Source: a virus. Taken from it: a stretch of DNA of 64,000 bases. A model generated the notes under the pieces. The model made no database searches and was not told the origin of the DNA. It worked only from the letters and a program-made list of their open reading frames with translations. Below, one piece after another: positions 10,265 to 19,696 of this stretch. The position numbers were made by a program, and so were the translations under genes. Position 1 is the first letter of the stretch. Every line of letters begins with the position of its first letter. The stretch is taken from the IMG/VR virus record IMGVR_UViG_3300046370_000202; one strand, written 5' to 3'.

Positions 10265-10295
10265 CATTTCCTATATTATAACACAGTACGGTTGA

Positions 10296-13200
10296 TTATG
10301 CAACACGTACGTATAATGTATATGTTTCAGTAACCTCTGTAAGCGTATCTGAAATCGTTGCACCCACGTAGTTACCCAAGAAAGATCTTGCATAGTTACC
10401 AACGTAATCTCGAGCATAATTACCACCAAATGTACGTGAGTAATTACCTGTGAAGTCTCCAACATAGGCAGAGTCACGATTACGTGAGTATGCACCAGAG
10501 TATGCAGAAGTACGGACACGAGCATATGCAGAGACACGGACACGAGAGTAATTACCTACGAAGTCGCGTGAGTAAGTGCCAGTATATTCACCAGTAAATG
10601 TGCGTGAATAATCACCGACATAGTTACCACCGAAGTCGCGAGTATATGTGCCAGTGTATTCACCAGCAAAGTCACGGGAGTAGTTACCTACATATTCCCC
10701 AGCGAAGCCGCGTGAGTAGTTGCCCGCATACTGACCAGAGAAGTCTCGAGTATATGTGCCAGTGTATTCACCCGCGAATCCACGAGCATAGTTACCTACG
10801 AAGTCGCCGACAAAGTCACTTGCATAAGCCCCAGTGTATTCACCAGCAAATGTTCTTGCATAGTTACCAGTAAAGTCTCCAGCAAAATCACGTGCATAAT
10901 TACCAGCAAATGTTCTTGCATAGTTACCAGTAAATGTGGCATTATATGTTCCCGCATACTCACCAACAAATCCACGTGAGTAAGCACCAGTATATTCACC
11001 AACGAAGTTGTTGTTGTAAGTACCAGTGTATGCGCCTGTGTATTCACCTACGAATGTTCGGTTATAAGTTCCTGCGTATTCGCCAACAAATCCACGTGAA
11101 TAGTTACCCGCAAAGTTTCCACCAAAGTCACGTGCGTAGTTTCCTACGTAGTTTCCTCCGAAGTCTCCAACAAAATCACCGATAAAGTTACCAGCGAAGT
11201 TACGAGAGTAGTTACCAGTGAATGTGCGTGAGTAGTTGCCTGCAAAATCTCCAGCGAAGTCACGCGAGTAGTTACCAGTGAATGTACGTGAATAGTTACC
11301 AGCAAAGTTTCCTGCAAAGTTAGTCACACGATCACGAGCATATGTTGATGCACGGTTGCGGATGTATGCAGAAACACGAGTCACGACATATGCAGAGTAA
11401 CGAGTACGAGTAGATGTACGAGTATACTCACCAGTAAAGTTACCGGCATATTCACCAGCAAATCCACGTGAGTAGTTACCTACAAAGTCACCTGCATAGT
11501 TACGGGCGTAGTTACCGATAAAGTTACCAGCGAAGTTTGTTACTCTATCACGAGTGAAGTTACCTGTGTAATCAGTAATTCGTGTACGTGCATACGAAGA
11601 GTTGCGATTACGCGTAGATGTACGTGTTGATGTACGAGTAAAGTTACCTGTGTAATCAGTAATTCGTGTACGTGCATAAGCTGAGTAACGTGTGCGTGTT
11701 GAAGTAATTGTCGATACACGTGTGAAGTTGCCTACGTAGTTTGTTACGCGATCACGAGCGTAAGCTGAGTTACGTGTACGAGTATAGTTTGTTGCACGAG
11801 TTCTTGCATAAGCACTGTAACGAGTACGAGTAGATGTGCGCGTAGATGTACGAGTAAAGTCACCAACATAGTTAGTAATACGAGTACGTGAGTAGGCACT
11901 GTAACGAGTACGTGTTGAAGTACGTGTTGACGTACGAGCATATTCACCTACGAAGTCACCAGCATAGTATCCAGTACGTGTGTAGTTACCTGTATTGGTA
12001 AAGGTCTGAACACGATTACGAGTGAACGCACGAGCGTAGTTACCTGTGTAGTACAATGTACGAGTGTAGTAACCAGTACCTGTACCCGTACGTGTTGACG
12101 TACGGCTGTAATTGCCTTCATATGAGAACGGACGACTACGAGTATAGTTTCCTACAAAATCACCAGTAAAGTTGGTTACACGATCACGTGAGTAGTTTCC
12201 AGCGTATGAGAACGCACGACTTCGATTATACGTAGAAGTACGGGTGCGCGTATAGTCGCGAGAGTAGTTTCCAGCGTAAGAGAATGCACGACTGCGAGTA
12301 TAATCCTCTGCGGATACACGAGTTCGGGCATAGTCCCCAACAAAGTTGCCGGTAAAAGAACCAGCCGTGCCTTGAGTAACCAACCCATAGTAATAATTTT
12401 GAAAAAGTTGCATTTGGAGAGTGCCTCTTGAATAGGTCACTCCATTGTGCGTAATTGAAGTTGCGTTGGCGTTAGTGCTGGTCGCAATAGTCGTAGCGTT
12501 AATAACAACAGAAGCTCCCGCAGTACTCTTTAACCAATATGTGACATATTGGGCGTACTGAGTAGTACTTCCCGAATTAACAGAAGTTCGGGTTGATGTG
12601 CGTGCGTAGTTGCCTACATACGAAGTACCGCCCGTAACTCCAGTATAGTTTCCTACAAAGTTTCCTGTAAAAGAACCGCCAGAACCACTGTAAGTAACGC
12701 CGTAACGAGTTTCCAGCCCAAAGTTCTCTCGGAAAGTGCCTCGATTATACGTGACACCACCATTGGTTATTGATGTCATGGTGGTTCCTTGCGCTATAGC
12801 GACAGAAGAACCGCCCACATAAACAATTACAGTACTGGATTCATTATCAATAACCCAACCATCTGTCACTGTGTTGAAAGGACTCTCCGAATAATCGTCA
12901 GTAGCACCACCAGAACCCGTAGAAACGCGAGTAGAAGTTCGGGTGAAATCTGTACTAGTTGGAGTTCCAGTGTAGTTACCTAAATAAGATCCCGTTCGGT
13001 TTCGAGTAAAGTTTCTTGAATAGTTTCCGCCGAAGTTACGCGAATAATTACCCAAATAAGATCCAGTACGAGTACGGCCATAGTTGCCTACAAAGTTGCC
13101 TGCGTAGTTGACATCTGGTTCGCGAGTATAGTTACCCAAATAAGATCCGGTTCGTGTACGCGCATAGTTACCTACAAAGTTGCCTGCGTAGTATAGTGTA

Positions 13201-15698
13201 CGAGTATAAGCTGGGGTACGTGCATAGTCTGCAGCATAGTTACGTGCATAGTTGCCAGTGAAGTCGCCGACATAGTACAGTGTACGTTGATAGTTCAAAG
13301 TACGTGTTGAAGTACGTGTTGATGTGCGTGAATAGTTTCCTACAAAATCACCAGCATAGTTACCAGCAAAACCACGAGAATAGTTGCCTACAAAGTCGCC
13401 AGTAAATGTAGTCGCGTAATTACCTACGAAATCACCACCGTAGTTGCCTGCGAATCCTCGAGCATAGTTGCCTACAAAGTCGCCTACATAGTCTCCGACA
13501 TAATTTCGGGCGTAGTTACCAACAAAGTTACCTGCGAATGTCGTTGTATAGTTGCCTGTGTAGTTACCTGCAAAGTCACCAGCGTATCCACGAGCATAGT
13601 TTCCTACGAAATCTCCGGTGAATACTGTGGTATAATTACCTACGAAATCGCCACCGTAGTTGCCCACAAATGTACGTGCATAGTTTCCTACGAAATCTCC
13701 GGTGAATACTGTAGTGTAGTTACCCACGAAGTTACCAGCGTAATTAGTAACACGGTCACGTGTGTATGCAGATGCACGAGTACGGGTAGATGTACGCGCA
13801 TAAGCTGAGTAACGTGTTCTCGCAGAAGTACGAGTAGAAACACGAGCATAGTTGCCTACGTAGTTTCCTGCAAATCCGCGTGAGTAGTTACCTACGAAGT
13901 TACGTGAATAGTTGCCTTGGAAAGAACGTGAGTAGTTTCCAATAAAGTTGCCAGCAAAATCGGTCACACGATCGCGAACATATGAAGAAACACGGCCACG
14001 AGTAAACTCACCCGTGAAGTTAGTCACACGATTGCGTGTGTAAGTAGAAACACGGGCACGAGCATAAGCATTTGCAAAGTTAGTGACACGGTCGCGAGTG
14101 TAGTTAGTGATGCGGGTTCGTGTGTAATCTGCAGAGTATGCTGATGTGCGTGTACGAGTTGAAGTTCTTGTATAAGCTGAGTTACGAGTACGTGAGTATG
14201 TTCCGGCATAAGCTGATACACGGTTTCGTGAATATGTACCAGAGTATGTACCTGTGTATGAAGAAACACGAGTACGAGCGTAAGTGCCTGAATAGGCAGA
14301 GTTACGAGTACGTGCATATGTACCTGCATAAGCAGAAACACGACCACGAGTGTATGCAGAAGAACGAGAACGCGTGAACGTACCAGTAAAGTTCTGTACG
14401 CGATTACGTGTGTAAGTAGAAACACGTGCGCGTGAGTAAGTTCCCGCAAAGTAACCAGTAAATGCAGTTAGTCTATTACGAGAATATGTAGAGATACGGT
14501 TACGAGCATACGCGCCAGAGTACGCAGATGTGCGTGTGCGCGAATATGTTCCAACGTATGTTGAGACACGGGTTCTCGCATAAGTGTCTGAATACGCGGA
14601 TGTACGAGTTCGTGAGTAGGTTCCTGTATAAGAGGAAACACGTGTACGAGTGTAATCAGCCGAGTAAGTAGAAACACGATTGCGAATATAAGTCCCTTCA
14701 TATGAAGATGGTCGCGTACGAGTGTACTCTCCGACGAAATCTCGAGAATAGTTACCTACGAAATCTCTATTATATGTTCCTGTGTAGTCTCCAACAAAGG
14801 TGCGGGAGAATGTATCTACACTATTACGTGTGTATGTTGAAACTCTATCGCGAGTGTAAGCCGAAATACGCGTACGTGCGTATGATGAGTTACGTGTGCG
14901 AGAGTATGAACTATTTACAATAGTACGTCGGGTGTTAGTTGCATCACCAACAACAGACCATGTTCCAGGCAGTGTTGGTACACCTTGCGCAGCTGAACGG
15001 AACTGATAAGATCCGATCGCACCGGCCGTCGCACGGAGGGATTTGACACGTTGACCAATAGTATATTTGATCTGATCATCCGACATTTCTTTGAATCCGT
15101 CAAAGTTGGATGACCCATCGTAACAAATAGCAACGGGACGCACTGCGTTAACCACAGGCATCGTTACACGTTGATAGATGTTGTAATTTGTTACTGTACC
15201 ATCACCGTGTGTGTCTGAGAAGACATTTGCGAGGAAGACCGTATAGTCTGCGCCAGGTGATGTACTAGAAAGTTTGAATGTACCGACATAGTCATTCTGG
15301 ACCATGTTACTGAGTACACGACTTGCAAGATTATCCAAATCTGGATCTACCATTTCGTAGAAGCCTGGATTTGGGCCTGAGTCATAATAACCCACAGGAC
15401 GAACAAAATCGGCACCAGTTTCATCTGCAACACCGCCCACCTGACGTAGAGGTGTGGTTACAGTTGTAGATGTGATATTAGTAATTGGGTGAGTACCCGC
15501 AGATTCATTAAAATACGCGTCCGTAAATGAACCAATATTAACATCACCAGTTAAACTGATATCTCCGACTTCACCAGCAGATGCATCTGCTAATGCTTGT
15601 CCCACCGCATAAGAAAGATAGTTCTCTTCTAGCGGTGTAAATTCCTGTAGGTCACCATTAGTATTTTTAATTTTTAGTGGGATACTAGATGCTGACAC
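10296..15698 (-). CDS. 1800-aa tetrapeptide-repeat protein; predicted giant antiparallel beta-hairpin filament with two tip domains
   Basis: GTG start, own late promoter and terminator; 264-aa N-domain then ~1515 aa mostly of Y/F/R/S-initiated tetrapeptides with mirror-complementary arms. Confidence 0.9.
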   Translation of the reverse strand: MSASSIPLKIKNTNGDLQEFTPLEENYLSYAVGQALADASAGEVGDISLTGDVNIGSFTDAYFNESAGTHPITNITSTTVTTPLRQVGGVADETGADFVRPVGYYDSGPNPGFYEMVDPDLDNLASRVLSNMVQNDYVGTFKLSSTSPGADYTVFLANVFSDTHGDGTVTNYNIYQRVTMPVVNAVRPVAICYDGSSNFDGFKEMSDDQIKYTIGQRVKSLRATAGAIGSYQFRSAAQGVPTLPGTWSVVGDATNTRRTIVNSSYSRTRNSSYARTRISAYTRDRVSTYTRNSVDTFSRTFVGDYTGTYNRDFVGNYSRDFVGEYTRTRPSSYEGTYIRNRVSTYSADYTRTRVSSYTGTYSRTRTSAYSDTYARTRVSTYVGTYSRTRTSAYSGAYARNRISTYSRNRLTAFTGYFAGTYSRARVSTYTRNRVQNFTGTFTRSRSSAYTRGRVSAYAGTYARTRNSAYSGTYARTRVSSYTGTYSGTYSRNRVSAYAGTYSRTRNSAYTRTSTRTRTSAYSADYTRTRITNYTRDRVTNFANAYARARVSTYTRNRVTNFTGEFTRGRVSSYVRDRVTDFAGNFIGNYSRSFQGNYSRNFVGNYSRGFAGNYVGNYARVSTRTSARTRYSAYARTSTRTRASAYTRDRVTNYAGNFVGNYTTVFTGDFVGNYARTFVGNYGGDFVGNYTTVFTGDFVGNYARGYAGDFAGNYTGNYTTTFAGNFVGNYARNYVGDYVGDFVGNYARGFAGNYGGDFVGNYATTFTGDFVGNYSRGFAGNYAGDFVGNYSRTSTRTSTRTLNYQRTLYYVGDFTGNYARNYAADYARTPAYTRTLYYAGNFVGNYARTRTGSYLGNYTREPDVNYAGNFVGNYGRTRTGSYLGNYSRNFGGNYSRNFTRNRTGSYLGNYTGTPTSTDFTRTSTRVSTGSGGATDDYSESPFNTVTDGWVIDNESSTVIVYVGGSSVAIAQGTTMTSITNGGVTYNRGTFRENFGLETRYGVTYSGSGGSFTGNFVGNYTGVTGGTSYVGNYARTSTRTSVNSGSTTQYAQYVTYWLKSTAGASVVINATTIATSTNANATSITHNGVTYSRGTLQMQLFQNYYYGLVTQGTAGSFTGNFVGDYARTRVSAEDYTRSRAFSYAGNYSRDYTRTRTSTYNRSRAFSYAGNYSRDRVTNFTGDFVGNYTRSRPFSYEGNYSRTSTRTGTGTGYYTRTLYYTGNYARAFTRNRVQTFTNTGNYTRTGYYAGDFVGEYARTSTRTSTRTRYSAYSRTRITNYVGDFTRTSTRTSTRTRYSAYARTRATNYTRTRNSAYARDRVTNYVGNFTRVSTITSTRTRYSAYARTRITDYTGNFTRTSTRTSTRNRNSSYARTRITDYTGNFTRDRVTNFAGNFIGNYARNYAGDFVGNYSRGFAGEYAGNFTGEYTRTSTRTRYSAYVVTRVSAYIRNRASTYARDRVTNFAGNFAGNYSRTFTGNYSRDFAGDFAGNYSRTFTGNYSRNFAGNFIGDFVGDFGGNYVGNYARDFGGNFAGNYSRGFVGEYAGTYNRTFVGEYTGAYTGTYNNNFVGEYTGAYSRGFVGEYAGTYNATFTGNYARTFAGNYARDFAGDFTGNYARTFAGEYTGAYASDFVGDFVGNYARGFAGEYTGTYTRDFSGQYAGNYSRGFAGEYVGNYSRDFAGEYTGTYTRDFGGNYVGDYSRTFTGEYTGTYSRDFVGNYSRVRVSAYARVRTSAYSGAYSRNRDSAYVGDFTGNYSRTFGGNYARDYVGNYARSFLGNYVGATISDTLTEVTETYTLYVRVA
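10371..11942 (-). repeat. C-terminal arm: 131 in-register tetrapeptide units (524 aa), mirror of the N arm
   Basis: Blocks R34-F9-R9-F64-R7-F8; 1572 nt, same length as the N arm. Confidence 0.9.
13335..14906 (-). repeat. N-terminal arm: 131 in-register tetrapeptide units (524 aa)
   Basis: Blocks R8-F7-R64-F9-R9-F34 counted by hand; endpoints checked against DNA coordinates. Confidence 0.9.
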
Positions 15699-15747
15699 AA
15701 TAATTGCTCTCTTGTAAAAGTTGAAATTAACGGTTAATAACGTACTT

Positions 15748-15755
15748 TATTTATA
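15748..15755 (-). promoter_or_regulatory. T4-type late promoter TATAAATA for the 1800-aa gene
   Basis: Exact consensus ~50 nt upstream of the start. Confidence 0.8.
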
Positions 15756-15794
15756 ATAAAAAAAATGTGCGGAAACCAAAGTCTGCGCACATTT
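15756..15794 (-). terminator. Intrinsic terminator after the tail-fibre chaperone gene
   Basis: AATGTGCG...CGCACATT stem followed by a T8 tract on the minus strand. Confidence 0.7.
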
Positions 15795-15818
15795 CGTAAA
15801 AATATTTATGACAATTAG

Positions 15819-16268
15819 TTATGCTGGGGCGTCAGGCCATGGAACATCGTCCAAACTTTCAATTCCGTCTAGAACGTCTGTGATATCACGTAGTTCTTGA
15901 CGATAACCCGCCCACGCATTCTTCATATCTTCTGACAGTGGAGCATCTGGAATTTGTGTCCAATCTGTTCCCGCAAGAAGACCATTTCTTCGTGTACGAA
16001 TATCTTTTATTAGATCCTCAAGATCCCATACCCAGTTTCGTGATTCTGTATCCCATCGACAGTATTGATTTGGTGCGTCCTCACGAGGGTGAAACCTTCC
16101 ATCATCAAAATAATTTCTTTTTATAAACTCAAACCCATTCTCAATAGGAAAGTCTAAATGAAGGATTAAAGATCCATCTTCCTGAAATCCTTGTTCAGGC
16201 AATCTTCCATATGCAGTTTGAAGGTTTATTATTTGTTGATCTTTAATGTATGCAATATGATTTACCAT
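15819..16268 (-). CDS. Tail fibre assembly chaperone (Tfa/phage tail assembly chaperone-like)
   Basis: IRTRRNGLLAGTDWTQIPDAPL...WAGYRQELRDIT...VPWPDAP signature. Confidence 0.85.
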   Translation of the reverse strand: MVNHIAYIKDQQIINLQTAYGRLPEQGFQEDGSLILHLDFPIENGFEFIKRNYFDDGRFHPREDAPNQYCRWDTESRNWVWDLEDLIKDIRTRRNGLLAGTDWTQIPDAPLSEDMKNAWAGYRQELRDITDVLDGIESLDDVPWPDAPA

Positions 16269-17011
16269 TATAATAATTCTCCTATTAAAATTTGATTTCT
16301 GATTCTTCCATATGATGTAAAGTATTCATCTCCAAATGGATTAGAACCAGACCTATCGTCTTCTTCGTTCCCCGATTGTCCTGTTGAGTTTATAACTGTT
16401 ACCTCATTAGCTTGTACCGTGAGAGAAGAAGTGTATGTGAAACATTGTTCCTGTGATGCTAAATCAGTAGGACTTGGGTTATAGTAAGTCCAAACCCAAG
16501 GCAGAGAAGATTCTAAATCACTTACTGAAATATATTTAGATCTATGCCCTAAATCATACCCATAAGTTATATCTGGATATGAATGTGAATCTGTGATTTG
16601 GAAATGATTAGAACCAACTGCCCTAGAGTCAAACTGAACACTTTCGTTTTCATTATAAATGATAAGTCCATAGTCATCGGTGGAACTAATTTGACCAGCC
16701 TTTTTTATAACGAAGTAATCTAAAGATACCGGATATTTATTGTCATTGTTTGAAACGTATCTATAAAAACTAAAAGAGTTTGTGCTGGATGTAGGAAAAG
16801 ATTGACCGTTCGTTGGTTCTACAAAAAAATTATAAATTGAACTTCCCGAGGTGTGCAGAGAAGGATCTGCTCGGACAAATAATATTTCACCCGAAGTCAG
16901 TGTAATGGATGAAGCAACACCAGCCTGAGTAACTATATAACTACTCAGCGGGTTTGATGAATCGAACATCAAACCGTTTGCATCATTAAATACTTGTAAT
17001 CCGTATGACAT
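16268..17011 (-). CDS. Tail-tip accessory protein
   Basis: Two YGL.(V/I)(F/Y)N......FDS repeats typical of genes following gpJ-like tail tips. Confidence 0.6.
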   Translation of the reverse strand: MSYGLQVFNDANGLMFDSSNPLSSYIVTQAGVASSITLTSGEILFVRADPSLHTSGSSIYNFFVEPTNGQSFPTSSTNSFSFYRYVSNNDNKYPVSLDYFVIKKAGQISSTDDYGLIIYNENESVQFDSRAVGSNHFQITDSHSYPDITYGYDLGHRSKYISVSDLESSLPWVWTYYNPSPTDLASQEQCFTYTSSLTVQANEVTVINSTGQSGNEEDDRSGSNPFGDEYFTSYGRIRNQILIGELL

Positions 17012-17961
17012 TATGACAACCTAAAAATTTCAATATTGAAGGCAACATCGGTTGAACTTTGATTAGTAATACTTATAGTATTACCAGAAAAAGATGATGA
17101 TATCCCATTCGGGTCGGCACTAGGAAATAATCCTACAGCATATTGAGAGGTGTTAGTGACGTTTGGTATTGTTATTTGAGTAGTTCCGCCCGCAGTAGCT
17201 GTCGCAGCAAAACTTAATTCTTGTTTGTTTAACACAACATCAACTTTAGAAGATATTATTAACGTTTGATTTTCATTAAAAATCTCCAATCCATACCCTG
17301 TGCCCGAACCTATAGGTGTTGGTCTTTCGTCCGCATCACTATTCGTTGTTGTTCCACCACCACCATCAACAACATTAACGATGTTCATAGTACCAGACTG
17401 TTTGGTTAAAGATGTACCAGACACTGTCCCAGAAACAGTAACTTTAAATGATTCATTCGACTCACTCAATGAATCAGTCGATAATACAACTGAAAAGGTA
17501 CCAGTATTATTAGATATGTTTACTGTTCCTGTCACTGAAGAAAAGTCAGAGTTAGAGGTCGTTACATTATTAATCGCCCAGTTAAGTTGAGTTGTTCCCG
17601 AAGGGAAATTGGCAGTATTGACATCAAAACTTATTGTATCACCTTCAGAATGCCAAGCTGATCCATTACTAGGAGAAATTGTAGTGATAGAAGGTGTGGA
17701 ACCGCTACCACCGCCCCCACCACTACTAGCACTATTGCTTATAGAGTAGTAAGTCGAAGTGGAAGTTCCAACAAATGGACTGGTGGTTGTTACTGTTTCT
17801 TCAACATCACCTCTTGTGTAAGTGGTACCTTCGAATACAAAAGAAGATGCGTCTGACGGAGTAACTGTGGCACTAACACCATCATATGCAATGAAAGCAC
17901 CAAATTGACTAGAAACCCAATAGTAATATGGAGCAGTTGTCCTTGAATATTGAAACGACAT
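17011..17961 (-). CDS. Modular tail-tip/adhesin protein (small N-domain, Gly linker, Calx-beta/Ig-like domain, YGLEIFN domain)
   Basis: SEGDTISFDV...DFSSVTGTVNI....TFSV....D.L.E.NESFKVTV Calx-beta-like pattern. Confidence 0.65.
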   Translation of the reverse strand: MSFQYSRTTAPYYYWVSSQFGAFIAYDGVSATVTPSDASSFVFEGTTYTRGDVEETVTTTSPFVGTSTSTYYSISNSASSGGGGGSGSTPSITTISPSNGSAWHSEGDTISFDVNTANFPSGTTQLNWAINNVTTSNSDFSSVTGTVNISNNTGTFSVVLSTDSLSESNESFKVTVSGTVSGTSLTKQSGTMNIVNVVDGGGGTTTNSDADERPTPIGSGTGYGLEIFNENQTLIISSKVDVVLNKQELSFAATATAGGTTQITIPNVTNTSQYAVGLFPSADPNGISSSFSGNTISITNQSSTDVAFNIEIFRLS

Positions 17962-17962
17962 A

Positions 17963-19471
17963 TTATGTTAACTTCCCTAACTTAATTCTTGTGGCTCCAT
18001 TCGCGTCACTAATAGTGATCAAGTTTCCTTTGATGTTCATAGAACCGTCGTCATCTGAAGTAGTAACGTCGATTTCGCCTGTCACTTTCGCATTAGAAAG
18101 TTCTACACCTTCAGCAGTAACACTAAACGGAGCAGTACCATTACCAGTTCCATCTGTAGGTAGAATCTTGAATGTATCTGCGGTAATTTCAAAGTCTGCC
18201 GTGGTACCGTTGTTACCGAACTTAATACCTGCAACCTTTGGATTGCTCTCGGTTCCTGCAACAAGATCGATACCCCACGTTGCTGTAGTATTACCTTCCG
18301 AGTCAATCAACGCAGTAAGCGTTTGCGTTGCTTGTGAGATGTCACTATCAATTTTAGCAATTAAGTCGGTCTGCATTTGGGTGGTGACGGAAGTGATTTT
18401 TCCATCGACTGTAGTAATCTGACTTTCTAAAGCACTCTTTGCTTCGGCAACCGCTGTCGTTACATTACCATTCTCATCTGTCACGAATACATTGTTATTA
18501 AGAGTTGTTATATCCGACGCCAGTGCAGTGACTCTATTTTCAGAGGAATCGTACTCTGTACGAGAAATTAATTCTGATTGTGCTTCAGATAAAGCTTCAA
18601 CTCTTGTGTTTAGATCTGAATCAACAACCGCTAGTCCCGTCTCTAATTCTACAATCTTTGCCGCTTCAATTACCAGTTTGTCACTATCCGCGTTCATGCG
18701 AATTGTTAACGTGTCTCCTGCCCCTGCCATTGCAGAGTCGATCATCTCTGGAGTAATGTTGATGCCGTCTTGAATAAACTGATCTAAAGTAAGTCCTAGA
18801 GAGTCGACCGATTCTAGAATTACACTCAGACCATCTGAGTTCACATTAATCCTAGAAGTCAACGAGGAGACTGCGCTAGTGTTGATATCAATTCTTTCGT
18901 TGGTGTCCGAATTAAATAGTAATAGGTTGTTCTCAACGCTGTCGATGATGCCAGCGAAAGAAACAATCTGATCGCTGTTTGCTTCGATGCGTGAGATGAT
19001 TGAAGTATTAGCACTAGCGATGGCTGATGCGAGAAGGTCAGAGTCTATCCCACCAAGGACCATATTATCTAAAGAAGCTTGGGTTTGGATCAAGGCTTGT
19101 GATAAAACAAGAATTCCAGAATCGGTGTTATCGATACGGGACTCTAATGTAAAGATAGCAGAGGCGTTCGCTTGAATATCAGAATCATTTACGTTTGTAT
19201 TGATCGTGAACTGTTGAAGGTAATCTTCGTTGATCACTGTTAGGAAATAGTTCGAATCAAGGAACGTCGCCATGAAGTCGTTGAAGACCGAAGAATCCAA
19301 ATAATTATTGATTAAATTATTCGTCTCTCCAGTATCTACACCACCAGACTCGGTCGGTGTCGGTAAAGGAATATCTCCCGTTACAATACCATCGAAGTTC
19401 TGATTTATTTTTAGAACAGCGGCGTTAATATTGTCTGCAAGATTGACTACTTGTATGTTACTCATTTGCAT
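17963..19471 (-). CDS. Coiled-coil fibre with lambda gpJ C-terminal-like (DUF1983-type) domain
   Basis: C-terminal VAGIKFG...DFEITADTFKI...APFSV...RIKLGKL. Confidence 0.65.
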   Translation of the reverse strand: MQMSNIQVVNLADNINAAVLKINQNFDGIVTGDIPLPTPTESGGVDTGETNNLINNYLDSSVFNDFMATFLDSNYFLTVINEDYLQQFTINTNVNDSDIQANASAIFTLESRIDNTDSGILVLSQALIQTQASLDNMVLGGIDSDLLASAIASANTSIISRIEANSDQIVSFAGIIDSVENNLLLFNSDTNERIDINTSAVSSLTSRINVNSDGLSVILESVDSLGLTLDQFIQDGINITPEMIDSAMAGAGDTLTIRMNADSDKLVIEAAKIVELETGLAVVDSDLNTRVEALSEAQSELISRTEYDSSENRVTALASDITTLNNNVFVTDENGNVTTAVAEAKSALESQITTVDGKITSVTTQMQTDLIAKIDSDISQATQTLTALIDSEGNTTATWGIDLVAGTESNPKVAGIKFGNNGTTADFEITADTFKILPTDGTGNGTAPFSVTAEGVELSNAKVTGEIDVTTSDDDGSMNIKGNLITISDANGATRIKLGKLT

Positions 19472-19691
19472 TACCTGCTAATTTTAAGAGCAAGTCTTTT
19501 ATTTGACTCATATCTTCTTTTAATCCTCTGACATCTTTCGTGAGAGATTCTATTTGATTTTGTCGTTCGTGATATATTCTATCACGTTTTCTCGCGTTAT
19601 CTATCTCGGACCTGTTTGTATTTAGTATAGCTCCAGTACGACTGTCTCGTACTAAATTACTATGTCCCTCTACTTTTAAGTGTTTATTCAT
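19458..19691 (-). CDS. Conserved small protein following VrlC-like genes in T4-like phages
   Basis: KVEGHSNLVRDSRTGAILNTN plus C-terminal coiled coil. Confidence 0.7.
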   Translation of the reverse strand: MNKHLKVEGHSNLVRDSRTGAILNTNRSEIDNARKRDRIYHERQNQIESLTKDVRGLKEDMSQIKDLLLKLAGNANE

Positions 19692-19696
19692 AAGAC

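Noticed and set aside
10275-10303. TTGCAT-17-TATAAT sigma70-like promoter at the end of the 1800-aa gene
   Set aside because: The predicted start falls just before a terminator-like hairpin with a U-tract, so function is doubtful; it may be chance in AT-rich DNA.
10371-14906. DNA-level inverted repeat or sense-antisense coding as the cause of the mirror symmetry
   Set aside because: A spot check of matched units (YTRTRPSS codons against the reverse complement of YSRDFVGN codons) shows no nucleotide complementarity; the symmetry is at the protein level.
10296-15698. CRISPR array, DGR template/variable repeat, or RiPP precursor
   Set aside because: Repeats are degenerate, in-frame coding units without spacers; no cas, reverse transcriptase or leader/core cleavage pattern is seen in the window.
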